A DNA stretch of 64,000 bases from Chiloscyllium plagiosum (GCF_004010195.1 NC_057728.1:54914588-54978587), one strand, 5' to 3'. Positions 14,101 through 25,382 are shown, numbered from the stretch's first letter. Translations and numbers: made by a program. The notes: a model not told the origin generated them from the letters alone.

Positions 14101-17100
14101 TTGAAATGTCTGTACCACCTCATTTTATATTCCGCATCCACAAGTCATTTCCTGCCAGTGAGAATGGAGAAAAATCAATTTACATTAATGATTGTTCTTC
14201 CACACCATCATCCAGTGTTGTGATCTTAGCTGTGATAGATCTGCACTACCATACAAATAAAATCAGACTTTAAGGCCATACAAAACAGGACTAGAAATAA
14301 GCTGCTCGGACCCTCAAGCCTGCTCTGCCATTGAATAGGATCATGGCTGATCCAGCATTCTTCATGTACGCTCGCTTGTGTTTTCCCCATGACCCTTGAT
14401 TCCCCTATTGATCAAGAATCTATCTATCTCAACTTTAAATATCCATTAGGACTCTGCTCCAGAGGTCTCTGTGGCAAGGAGTTCCAAAGACTCAATTCTG
14501 AGAGAAGAAATTGCTCCTCATCACAGTCTTAAATTGGTACCCCTTTATTCTGAGAGTAGTCCTAGACTCATTCATGAAAGGAAACATCCTCTCAGCATTT
14601 ACCCGTCAAGCCCCTTAAAAATCCTACAAATTTCAATGAGATAATCTCTCATTCATCTAAACTCCAGTGAGTGAAGTCCCACCCTGTTTAGCCTTTGCTC
14701 ATAAGGCAATACCTCCACATTAAGGATCATCCTAACAAAACTTTTCTACACTTCCTACAACGAAATAATATCTTTCTTTAAACAAGAGGAGCAAAAGTGG
14801 TAACAGTACTCTAGATGTGGTCTCACCAGCACCTTGTACAGTTGCAGTCAGAATTTTTACACCTTGAAATAAGAGCCAACATTCCATTGGTCCTCCTATC
14901 ATTATCACGACAGTGTGCATCAATGTTCATACACATACACAACAGTGAGCCTACATACAGAACGGCAGGGCATTAATCAATTTGGATCATGTAACCATGG
15001 TTTTATTTATTGCATATTAGTCAATGGAAGATGGTGTGGTGGAGTCATGTGTACTGTGTTTGTTGCATATTAGTAGTCTGGAACATTCATTGAAGCAGAA
15101 ATTGGTATCCTGACCAAAGAAATTGCACTGTGGCTCCATGAGTTACAGGAATACAGGATAGGAAAATATTGGTCAAGGCAGAGATTTTGCTAAAGCGTAT
15201 AAAGTGACTTTTAAAGTATGCTGGATCTACAAAGGAACCCTAGTCCATTCTGTGACCATAAATATGCATCCTTCACTCAAGCATTACCAAGATTTATAAA
15301 GCCATTAGAGATAATATGCAGGACAGATGCTAATGTTTCTTGAAGCATAAACTTGAAAAAGAGTTTCAGAGATTATAAATTTGGTAATTGGCAATTATAT
15401 AACTAAAAAACAAATTTAAATTGCGAAAACAGGTATTATTTTAAACAGTGTTGATACCTTCATTTTCTTTCATCTTTATCACTTTTGGTTTTGAGCTGTG
15501 AGCCAAGAGTGAAAGGTGGTCTTTGGATTGTGAGTAGCAGCTTGTTTTGAAAAGAAAGAGAATAAACAAATGGTATTTGTTTATGAGGCTGAGCCAGAGG
15601 TTTGACTGAACCCTGGTTATTCTCTCATTATCAATTTAATGAAAGTTTGGAGAAGTGAATATTTCTCAGAGACTACTAGAAGTTATTTGCATGCACTGGT
15701 TGTCTTCAGAAACCAAGCAAAATACAATCTAATGTGCCTGCGATGCTACGAATTGTGGAATCTGCGTAAGTGAATTAGCCGGTTACATCTTTTACCTTTT
15801 AAAAAATTTATCCCTTAATGGCGTCTACTAGTTTAGTCTTTGTGTGAGTGGGTTCTGGAATCAAAGAAGATTGAGTTTAAATCATAGATATTCATAAGAT
15901 TATCTTGTTATTTAACTTTGCTTTGCTAAAGCTGTTGTATTATTAATAAATTGTTAACTATTTTATTTAATCTATAATCGTGGTGTCAAGTGTTGATTGC
16001 TCATAACATCTGGCTAGGAACAAATGGAGGCAATTTTGAGGGTCATTGAATGTTTTAATTTTGCCATGTAATCAATACAGGGATAGAGGCGCTGATTTGC
16101 TTCGGCATACTTCACTGCGTTGTAACAACAGCAAGAAACAGATGGGTACAACATCTTTGTATTTAAATGGTAGTACAATGGGAAAAGACCTACAAGGGAA
16201 TTTCAATAAAAAGCCATAAAGGTTAATAGTGTAATATCACGTTGGTGGATATCACAATTGCACAGTACCTTGGTGCCATTTTATTGAAGAGAATTGGACA
16301 TCCAGATTTTGGCAATTCACCGATAGCTTCATTCTTAACATCGTATAGGAAGGAAAAAGCAAATTTGTTCAGGATTCCAAAAATCTCCTTCATTTCTCTT
16401 GTTTCAACAAAACTTTGGCAATGCCGCTGCAAAAATGCTTGATGGTAACACTTTTCTAGATAACTTTCTCGATCTGAAAGAGAGAATAAACCTATCAAGG
16501 TCCATTTGGACCAATGCTGTGCAGTTCAATGACAATAGCTGATTAGCAAGTTAGATCTCATGGAATAAAGGGAGAACTAGCCATTTAGATACAGAACTGG
16601 CTCAAAAGTAGAAGACAGAGGGTGGTGGTGGAGTGTTGTTTTTCAGACTGGAGGCCTGTGACCAGTGGAGTGCCACAAGAATCAGTGCTGGGACCTCTAC
16701 TTTTTGTCATTTACATAAATGATTTGGATACGAGCATAAGACGTACAGTTAGTAAGTTTGCAGATGACACCAAAATTGGAGGTATAGTGGACAGTGAAGA
16801 GCGTTACCTCAGATTACAACAGGATCTGGACCAGATGGGCCAATGGGCTGAGAAGTGGCAGATGGAGTTTAATTCAGATAAGTGCAAGGTACTGCATTTT
16901 GGGAAAGCAAATCTTAGCAGGACTTACACACTTAATGGTAACGTCCTAGGGAATGTTGCTGAACAAAGAGACTGTAGAGTGCAGGTTCATAGCTCCTTGA
17001 AAGTGGAGTCGCAGGTAAATAGGATAGTGAAGAAGGCGTTTGGTATGCTAAACTTTATTGATCAGATGGGAGGTCATGTTGAGGCTGTACAGGACATTGT

Positions 17101-20100
17101 TGGAATATTGCGTGCAATTCTGGTCTCCTTCCTATCGGAAAGATGTTGTGAAACTTGAAAGGGTTCGGAAAAAGGTTTACAAGGATGTTGCCATGGTTGG
17201 AGGATTTGAGCTATAAGGAGAGGCTGAACAGGCTGGGGCTGTTTTCCCTAGAGCGTCGGAGGCTCAGGGGTGACCTTATAGAGGTTTACAAAATTATGAG
17301 GAGCATGGATAGGGTAAATAGGCAAAGTCTTTTCCATGGGATTGGGGAGTCCAGAACTAGAGGGCATGGTTTAGGGTGAGAGGGGAAAGATATAAAAGAG
17401 ACGGAAGGGGCAACTTTTTCACGCAAAGGATGGTACGTGTATGGAATGAGCTGCCAGAGGAAGTGGTGGAGGCTGGTACAATTGCAACATTTAAGAGACA
17501 TTTGGATGGGTATATGAATAGGAAGGGTTTGGAGAGATATGGGATGGGTGCTGGCAGGTAGGACTAGATTGGGTTGGGATATCTGGTTGGCATGGACTGT
17601 ATATCTCTATGACTCTAACAGTTCCTAATATTTAAATGCATTCAAAGTTTTAAATGCATTATTTTCTATTCAACTAAAACTGGGTCTATCATATGCTGTA
17701 ATTTATATTTAATAATATTGCAAAGTTAGCCTACCAAAAAAAAAGTCAATTTTCTACTGTATCCATTCCAATCATAACAGATTCAAATGAAAATCTGCTC
17801 AAAGAGCAGATCCTTTTTGCCACTTGAAATAAAATACAACAATTTCTGACTTATATGAATATGTAACACACTGGATGGAATCTTCTGTTTTTGTCAGGTG
17901 ACCTTGCTCTCTTCCTCAAAAAGTGGTGAGAAAGCAATGTTGTCTCCTCAGAGCAAGGCCCGTCATATATTGCAACAATCAAAAAGTTTGTAGGGCAGCA
18001 ATAGGGATGAAATCAAGTCTTTGGGGAAGAAACCATGCCCAGGAAGGACTCCTGGAAGAGCAACCAAAATTATGAAGAACAAGATGACAGGTAAGCACTT
18101 TGCAGCGGATGAGGTGAGGGCGATTTGAGGAACGGAGGTCAGAGCAAGAGGTGTGGTTCTCGACAACCAAAGCCCTTGCCTTCTAATATGTGCATATTAG
18201 AGGAAATTGAGGGACTGCCCCATGTTTTTCCCCAATCTGACAGGCAGCTCACACTGGTTTGCTAATTGGGTGTGCTACTTCATCCCACCGAGAGTTGAGA
18301 AAATTGTAACTCAAGTGGGTATATGCCCTTAATTGGTCCTGAAGTTGTTGTTAATTGATTGTGCTTAAGCATATTAAGTGCTTTTTTGAATGAGTTTATG
18401 CAAGTTCTCCCCACCCAGCTTTGAACAAAACAAGTAGACCTCAGGGCAAATACTTATTTATTAATTTATCATTCATTATTGTTTATTATTCTCAGCATTC
18501 TCAGAGATCTATCCCACCCTGGCAATGTTTTTCTATAACCTCTACCATCTACCCAACTGTTGTTAGAATACTGAATGGACTTACAAACTCTTAACGTCCA
18601 CCTGTGTTTTTGTTTTTGCCGCTGTTTACCGATTATTTATTTACGTATGCTACTTAACTCTATAATCTGCCTGTATTGCTCGCAAGACAAAGCTTTTTAC
18701 TGTGCCCTGGTACATGTGAAAATAAATTAATTTCAGTTCAATTCAATTCAATATTAATTAGTCTATCATTGCATTATCACAAACATCTGAAAGTTGTACA
18801 GCAGGAAACCATTAAGCATAGTCCCTTCATCTCTCAATGTACCTGATAGTTTAATCCACTGACCAGAAACACACTGAAATGGCCACTTCACAGAATTGTC
18901 CCTGACATGTAGCAGATATCATTGGTTTGGTTTTAAATATATACTTGACTCCAAATCATTGCCAATTTCCTACACAACACTATATCTATGTCACTGATGT
19001 AACATTATCTTCAAATGCAGATCCTTTCATTGGGCTGGAGGTGGCCTAAACAACCAATTAAGGGCCTTGAGATGGGGAGACTGCTAAGTGCAAACCTAAT
19101 GAATAACTGACAATCATGACTAGGCTTGCTGTTCTCCTGAAAAAGCAGGAAGCAGAAGAGAACCAACAGCCCCAAGGCTCATGGAAGTGGCAAAGGGTCA
19201 ACAAAATGTTACCACACCTGGAACTGGGCTAGTCACTTTTTTGTCTACATTTGGTCTCTCCAGAACAAACATGATTGTATGGCCTGAAATAAAATCAAAA
19301 TGTTGGGGTTGTGGGAAATCTGAAATAAACAAAAGAAATGATGGAGAAACTCAACAGACCTGGTTACATCTCTGGAGAAATTAATAATGTTAACATTTAA
19401 AGGAGAATCAAATTGGACTTGAAACATTCATTGTTTCTCTCTCCACAGATGCTGTCAAACCTGCTGGAATTTTCTCACTTTTTTTTGACTATATATAATC
19501 ACTTTGTAGCTCCTTGCCTTACATCTGACAATTGTAAAATAATACACGATGTTTGGGTCTGCCAACTGTTATCATTTAATACAGTCTGAAGGAACACAAG
19601 AGGCCTAACATAATGAGGAAACAGGTAATGGATGCATTAATGAAGAGTTAATTAGTTTGAATTGGTCCCTCTTGTGGTACAGTGATGATGTCCCTATAAC
19701 TGGACCAAGAGGCTTGGGTTCAAGTCCCATCTGCTCCAGAGTTGTGTAATAAGATCTCTGAACAGGTTGATTATTAAAAATTGGTTAAATTAGAAAAAAA
19801 AGGTTTGAATTGTGAAATAACTCTACAGAAGCCAGTATCCCATCACCAAATCACCCACTATTTACATTTGAAGAGTCCTTGACACAGATCCAGCTCCCTC
19901 AGAGTCAGCTCTCAGAGTTAACAGAATGTCTGACACTCCTCGCCTTATTGTCAGCCAGGGCTCCCTGATTGGATTAGATTAACAGCCCCAATCAGGGACT
20001 TCATATTCCATGATGCTGGGCTCATTACAATTACTACAAATTGGCTGTATAAATAGGGGAGCTAATTATCAGAGGGGGGAAGAGTTTTATGGAGTTTGAC

Positions 20101-21604
20101 TAACTGAAATAAAGCTCTCACATAAAAGTCTGGCCATGAATTGTGTTCAATATAGTTATCTTTTTGAGCGTAACATCAATCTGTGATTTGAAAATTACCT
20201 TCTAGCCCTCCCCAGTTCGTTGAGGTGAGCAGATTTTAGCTTCCATTACTTGGCCTCATTTTGAAAATATCAGACCATCCCAGAGTGCTATTTCTGAGGC
20301 TTGGCAACATCTGACCCTGCCCCCATGAGCAATCGAAAGTAAAACCACATATTCACTTCTGATTATGGATTCCATGAATAAAGACTTTTTATATTTGATA
20401 GATCCCACACTACAGAAATTAACATCAAAAATGTGAATTTGGTCAGTACCATGTCTTCAACTTGCTTTCTATTTTTTCTAAAGAAATATATGCCAAACAA
20501 AATTCTTGAGTTATTAATTAAATATAGTAAAATGTTGTTAATTTTTTTTTCTTTTGTTTTGGTAATGGAATAATGCAATGACTCAGTGGAATGAATATGA
20601 TTACAATAAATTTTGCTATGTCCAATTTCACATAATATATGTACATTGATTGAAGAATAATTTGTAAACTGTGTCCTTTAGAAAAAAGTTGTTTCAATAA
20701 CGCCAATGGCCAATTATGTTAATAGCTGAGCCAAGAATAAAACTGTACTTGACCCAATACAAGAACACATGCTAAACTTACCAGTTTGCAAAGGAACTAA
20801 ATCCATAGGATATAACTTGTCAATGACATCGCTACAGTTTCTCATGATTACTTCTCCTAATTCTTCAATAGTTCTAAAAATTTCAACAGGTAACCCTTCA
20901 TTGACTATCTTTTCCTTCAGCTTCATTATCATCTGTTTTTCGTGTTCATCTTTACTTTTATATTTATGCTCTACCATTTCTGTTTCATCTGGTGCAGCAT
21001 TCAGAAGTAAATCTTCAACATACCGAGAATCTCGAAAATAAAAGAAACTGAAACCAGAGTCATTCATTAAGGCTGCCTCAATTATCTGAAGTTCCAGCAA
21101 ACTGCAATTTTGATAGTTCTTATGTAATATCCATGAGTAGCCATTTCTTGCAGCGATTTGGATATTCCTTTCCACATTGGATAAAGTTTCTGCATCTGTT
21201 CCACTTGCTGGAAAGTGTTCCATATCTGGTGGGCAATATTCACCATATTTCTGACCTAACATACATATGAAGAAAGGTGAGATTTTGGTGATGAGATCTA
21301 GTGAAACTTTCAGTTTGTGGGAATCTGTGTTTGCGCGATGATGTCCTTCATGTGATGTCCACTGCATATCTAAAACTTTAAAGGAACTTCTCCTGGATTT
21401 ACAGAGTTTATTAAGAAAAGGGAAAACTTGATGTTCCAAATAATCTCTTTCCTCTTGAAAATCCTCAGTTGTTGAACAGAGAACTACCTGAATGGGTGGT
21501 CTATACCCCCAATCTGCATAACATGGCAAACTATGGCATGGTGAACCATGGCATTCATATTGCCTTCTCCCACAGATCGTTCTATTTTTCAAACATTTGC
21601 TCAT
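2187..21604 (-). CDS. TTC41: Tetratricopeptide repeat protein 41 (GRP94-neighbouring nucleotidase, GNN): DUF4062 + STAND/NACHT-like P-loop NTPase; partial, continues past the left edge
   Basis: Seven phase-compatible GT-AG exons, in transcript order: 21604-20782 (probable ATG 21604, MSKCLKN...PPIQVVLCSTTEDFQEERDYL...KVLDMQW, DUF4062-like), 16473-16269, 13682-13465 (Walker A GEKGCGKST), 12628-12465 (Walker B LLVLDGVDQL), 12034-11569, 4290-4051, 2385-2187 (YQELPWHL). About 771 codons with no in-frame stop. Head-to-head with HSP90B1 as in mammals. Confidence 0.88.
2614..3061 (+). mobile_element. 5'-truncated CR1/HER1 LINE with internal deletion
   Basis: DFGVQVHGSLKVELQIDRIVKKAFG...RPLLEYC.QFWSP; TSD CTACTATATCAC at 2602-2613 and 3062-3073. 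Confidence 0.85.
4603..5400. mobile_element. Penelope-like element end with inverted 5' portion (family C terminus)
   Basis: Diverged inverted repeat (4603-~4800 versus ~4940-5142) around a TG/CA-rich centre; terminus CTGATGAAG...CCTGTTGG...GTGTTGTG...CCAACACC shared with 13050-13154 and 52570-52650. Confidence 0.6.
5950..8535 (+). mobile_element. CR1/HER1 LINE with an internally inverted ORF2 segment
   Basis: ORF1-like piece (+) to ~6102; ORF2 middle (-) 6097-7058 (VGDFNFPN, LNWRKANF); ORF2 RT (+) 7060-8535 (HSQHGF, MDFSKAF, GVPQGSVLGP, KFADDTK) with frameshifts and stops. Confidence 0.88.
9330..10640 (-). mobile_element. Degenerate CR1 LINE (ORF1 end/endonuclease region)
   Basis: Reverse-strand remnants such as GGGISLMIK; interrupted by a Penelope-type insert at 9713-9812. 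Confidence 0.6.
9713..9812 (+). mobile_element. Short Penelope-like terminus (family B) with decayed hammerhead
   Basis: AGTT-CTGAAGA-A-GGGTC-ACTG-GACCC-[AAAGT]-GTT-AACT; TSD ATTAAGATT at 9704-9712 and 9813-9821. Confidence 0.65.
13050..13154. mobile_element. Short Penelope-like insert (family C) with inverted 5' piece
   Basis: TSD TTGGCCACACTT at 13038-13049 and 13155-13166; the first ~35 nt are the reverse complement of the family 3' end seen at ~5365-5400. Confidence 0.65.
14275..14905 (-). mobile_element. CR1 LINE 3' fragment
   Basis: Reverse-strand CR1 3' UTR and RT C-terminus. Confidence 0.65.
14914..16127 (+). mobile_element. Probable solo LTR (~1.2 kb)
   Basis: TG...CA ends (TGTAACA), 4-bp TSD ACAG at 14910-14913 and 16128-16131, AATAAA near 15945, no ORF. 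Confidence 0.5.
16545..17617 (+). mobile_element. 5'-truncated CR1/HER1 LINE
   Basis: RT motifs GVPQESVLGP, YINDLD, KFADDTK (ORF 16622-17158), frameshifted C-terminus, tail CTCTATGACTCTA. Confidence 0.92.
18535..18750 (+). mobile_element. Rex1/Babar-type LINE 3' tail
   Basis: 3' UTR related to the minus-strand Rex1 copy at ~43975-44035; ends in (TTCAA)n. Confidence 0.55.
19290..19490. mobile_element. Old fold-back Penelope-like terminus (family B)
   Basis: Inverted arms CTCAACAGACCTGGTTACATCTCTGGAG versus CTCCACAGATGCTGTCAAACCTGCTGG. Confidence 0.5.
19668..19775 (+). mobile_element. tRNA-derived SINE head
   Basis: A-box-like TGGTACAGTGATG and B-box-like GGTTCAAGTCC; related minus-strand copy at ~41600-41665. 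Confidence 0.55.
19813..20038 (-). mobile_element. Solo LTR (226 bp), probably Gypsy-type
   Basis: TG...CA termini (TGAAATAAC...TACTACA) and an exact 5-bp TSD AATTG at 19808-19812 and 20039-20043. Confidence 0.75.
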
Positions 21605-22949
21605 TGTTAAAAAAATTTTGGAATATTTTACCACTTTTTCTTATCTAAAAAAGCACTACTGTTTTCAGTTCCTTTTTCTTATGCTTTTTCTTCCCTTAAA
21701 ATCGCATAAAACGAGAATAAAATTATATCCATCAATCTTGACTGTATATATGTTTATTAGATTTCTGAGGCATTTCCGCCATTGGAGAATAAATAAGTAT
21801 GGTTCTTCAAATGGGTTCAGAATTCGTGACATAATACCTCAGGTTCCATGTTCCTGATGACTTCAGCTTTTTCACAATGACTAAAATAAAATAGAAATTT
21901 TTGTCATAAATCAATGCAAATTTATCACTCTAATGGTAAAGGATCATATTTTCAATTCCCTTAGACACTGCATTCCAGTGCAATATCAAGAAAATACTTT
22001 ATACAAAGTCAGTTGAATTATTTTATTTCATGAGAATCCAAGAATTGGTACAGGCATATATCACAAAGCCCCCAAAGCCTGCTTCACCATCGAATCAAGT
22101 CATTAAAAAGTAAAAGGTAAAGTCGCCATTGTGCCAGAGAACTATTCTCTCATTAGAGAGAAAATTGATAGTGGTTTTAACCTAACAATCACTATGCCTA
22201 AGGTGATGGGAAAGTTTGAAAAGGAGAGTCCTTCATGATAATCTAAGCTGGCCCAGTAATTGAATGCACGCTGTTGGCATCACTCTGCAATGCAAACCAG
22301 CCATCCAGCCAACAGATCTAATCAAATCCCTTCACTCATCAACTAACTCAACTCTACATTCTGGACCTATCCCTATACTCCAAGATTTCCTCAACATCTA
22401 AAAATCTAGAAACTTGAATAAAAATAATTGAGCGCCCATTGTTCTCTGTAACTAAATAAACAGACAATTCATACATATCCAACTTCAGAAACATCAGTGA
22501 GTTGCAAACCGAATGTGATTGTACTTCTAAGGGACCTCTAAGGGATGTGGTCATCCCTTAATAATGTACTTTTAAGAGAAGCAAACACATGTACAACACA
22601 GTAGCCAAAGAAACAGAGTAGGCAACTCAGCCTGTCAAGTCAGCCATCCAATTCAATTAAATGTGATTGATACATACCTCGACTCAATTCCACCCCAATA
22701 AATGCATCCTTAGCCAATAAAACATATTCTAGTTTCAGCCTTGATAACATAAATAATTCTCAACAGCAAGAAGCTTTCTAGGAAACAGGATTCTGAGTTT
22801 GTACCACCAACTCTTGTCAAAATATGCTTCCGATTTCCCTCCTTGTGCTTTCTAATGATAATAATAATGGGCCTCCTTCAGAGGATTCACAAACAATTCT
22901 TGGAAGATTACAAACAACACTAAGTTTTTATTCTCAGAGGCATTGGAGC

Positions 22950-23105
22950 TCTACAGTTTGTTGGAGGGATAAATTCTGGCAAGGACACCATGGGTGGCTC
23001 CCCTGTTCACCTTTGAAATAGTGGCATAAGGTCTTATATCTCCATGCGAAGGGCTGACAGGATTCAGCTTAAGGTCTCACCCAGAAGCCAGCACTGCTAA
23101 TAGTT
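22950..23105 (-). mobile_element. DeuSINE (SacSINE1/AmnSINE1-like) Deu-domain fragment
   Basis: Reverse complement reads ...ATGCCACTATTTCAAAGGTGAACAGGGGAG...GGTGTCCTTGCCAGAATTTATCCCTC, resembling the Deu core as I recall it. Confidence 0.6.
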
Positions 23106-23267
23106 AAACATACTAGAAGAAACCATAAGGAAATGTCTGCGAACTGATACTGGATTAAACAAATGGGCAAAATTTAGAAAACAAGGTGCACCTTACTGAA
23201 CATATCCCAGAGAATTATGACGCCACATACCTGTCATGGTAGCTTCATATAACCATAGTAAAGGTGC

Positions 23268-23615
23268 TGTCATTTCCCCTCCCCCCACCTTGTCTCAGTC
23301 AAATCCCTCGAACTCAGCACCGCCTTCCGAACCTGAAATCTTCTTCCTGACCTCTCCGCCCCCACCCCCACTCTGGCCTATCACCCTCACCTTGACCTCC
23401 CTCCACCTATCGCATTTCCAACACCCCTCCCCCAAGTCCCTCCTCCCTACCTTTTATCTTAGCCTGCTGGACACACTTTCCTCATTCCTGAAGAAGGGCT
23501 TATGCCCGAAACGTCGATTCTCCTGTTCCTCGGATGCTACCTGACCTGCTGAACTTTTCCAGCAATACATTTTCAGCTCTGATCTCCAGCATCTGCAGCC
23601 CTCACTTTCTCCTCC
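23268..23615 (+). mobile_element. Penelope-like element 3' end (family A pLTR)
   Basis: Near-identical to 48440-48783 and to the reverse complement of 43146-43460; includes the hammerhead core. Confidence 0.85.
23488..23515 (+). ncRNA. Minimal hammerhead ribozyme core (family A)
   Basis: CTGAAGA-A-GGGC(TTAT)GCCC-GAAA-C-GTC: CUGANGA box, helix II, GAAA box and GUC triplet. Intact copies also at 24308-24335 (-), 43207-43234 (-), 47318-47345 (-) and 48659-48686 (+). Helix I is weak. Confidence 0.6.
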
Positions 23616-24069
23616 AAAAGATCCAGCCAATTTAGTTCTCCATTCAAATTTTTCCCTACATTTTATTCATTCATTTGCAGGATGTGGGTGTCGCTGGCCC
23701 AGAGGGCAGTTAAGAGTCAACCACATTGCTGTGCGTTTGGAGTCACATTGACCAAACTGGGTAAGGATGGCAGTTTCCTTCCCTTAAGGCAATTAGTAAA
23801 CCAGATAGGTTTTTGCGACAATCAGCAATGGTCATCCTTAGACCCTTACTTCCACTTTATTGTGAATATTCTGTTAATATCAGGAAGCCCTCCATCCTGA
23901 TGAAGGGCTTATGTCCAAAATTCTTATGATTCTTATGCCCCTTTGATGCTGCCTGACCTGCTGTGCTTTCCCAGCACCACACTCTCAACTCTGATCTCCA
24001 GCATCTGCAGTCCTCACATTCTCCTTATTTCTGCTGAGGCCCACTTTGAAGCACCTCTGCCTCTATTTC

Positions 24070-24930
24070 AAAAGTTCATGGGATCAATTCCAGAGACTTG
24101 AACAAGAGAATCTGATTTGACACATCAGTGAAGTGGTGAGTGTTTGTTGGACTGCCAGAGACATTGTCTTCTGGATGAGGCATTAAACTAAGGCTTTATC
24201 TGCCACCTAGGAGAAAGTGAGGACTGCAGATGCTGGAGACCAGAGTTCAAAAATGTGGTGCTGGAAAAACACAGCAGGCCCGGCAGCATCCGAGGAGCAG
24301 GAGAATCGACGTTTCGGGCATAAGCCCTTCTTCAGGAAAGGTTTATGCCCGAAACATCGATTCTCCTGCTCCTCGGATGCTGCCTGGGCTGCTGTGTTTT
24401 TCCAGCACCACATTTTTCAACCCTTTATCTGCCACCCCTCTGTGGTGTTCTGACTAATAGTTAATTCTCAAACAACACACATATACACCAGACAGATTAC
24501 TACTTTTGCTAACAAAAATAGAAATCGCTGGGGTAAACTCTGCTTTCTCTTCACTGATGCTGCCAGACTTGCTGAGTTAAATTTTGACTGTCCTTCAGGG
24601 AAGGTAACTGCTCTTCTCACTGGCCTACACGTGACTCCAGGAACACCACAGTGTCGTTGACTCTTAACAGCCACTGGGCGATTAGGGATGGCCAATAAAT
24701 GCTGGCCCGGGCAGTGGTGATCATACCCCATGATTGAATAGAAAATGCCCATTGATCCTTCTTCAGAACTCAATTACATTTGCTATTGGGGGGGGAGCTG
24801 GCAAAGCGCAATTCGGCTGCTGGGTTTCGATTGTCGTGATAGTGACTACATTATTAAATGTACTTCGTTGGGCTGGAGAATATTAAGAAGTCCAGCGATC
24901 GCGAAAGGCGCTATACAAATGCAAGTCTCT
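24070..24930 (+). mobile_element. Fragmented DeuSINE (SacSINE1-like) host with nested insertions
   Basis: 5' part ...GGATGAGGCATTAAACTAAGG...; 3' part ending AAAGGCGCTATACAAATGCAAGT; interrupted by the palindromic insert 24208-24422 and other fragments. Confidence 0.55.
24208..24422. mobile_element. Fold-back Penelope-derived insert (family A)
   Basis: Inverted arms of ~80 bp (AAAAATGTGGTGCTGGAAAAAC... versus ...GTTTTTCCAGCACCACATTTTT); 14-bp TSD CTTTATCTGCCACC at 24194-24207 and 24423-24436. Confidence 0.85.
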
Positions 24931-25067
24931 CGTTTACGAGAGCAAGGGGGAGGGGGGAACCTACGGGCTGTGCCCTTTAAATGTACTTTTGAAATTCCAT
25001 CAGCGTCGGCAAATTTGTGCGACGCGCTCATCCTTTTTTCAAAGAGAGACAGAAAACAAAACCTCAC

Positions 25068-25200
25068 CGTGGACAAGATGTTCCTCTGGCGTCCGGAGGC
25101 TCGCCTGTTTCCATGGAAACCGTCTCCAAGGCTCCGTCACCAAGGTAAACGGGAGGGCCGTTGGTAACCCCGGAAGCAAATCGCAGCCAGCCCCTTCCAA
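25068..25200 (-). other. TTC41: Putative non-coding first exon of TTC41 (upper boundary approximate)
   Basis: Minus-strand donor CACG|GTGAGG at 25068/25067 at the edge of the CpG-rich promoter; the TSS cannot be fixed from sequence. Confidence 0.5.
25107..25120. promoter_or_regulatory. RFX X-box
   Basis: Perfect 14-bp palindrome GTTTCCATGGAAAC, matching the X-box consensus GTTNCCATGGNAAC; a degenerate site GTCACCAAGGTAAAC follows at 25136-25150. Confidence 0.7.
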
Positions 25201-25363
25201 CACCCCCAACGATTTTTTTTTGTTAAAGGACAAAGGATGGCGATCGAAGTCGCCTTTAATAAACCCTTTATTCCCCCAGCCCTCCTGGGAAGCCGACCAG
25301 CCAGCGGGTCCAAAGGCCAGCGGACCGGGGGACACAGCCACGTGACCTCCGGACAACCCCCGG

Positions 25364-25382
25364 CCAATCGGAGCGAGCCACG
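25364..25382 (+). promoter_or_regulatory. ER stress response element (ERSE)
   Basis: CCAAT-cggagcgag-CCACG, an exact CCAAT-N9-CCACG match (NF-Y plus ATF6/XBP1). Confidence 0.9.
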
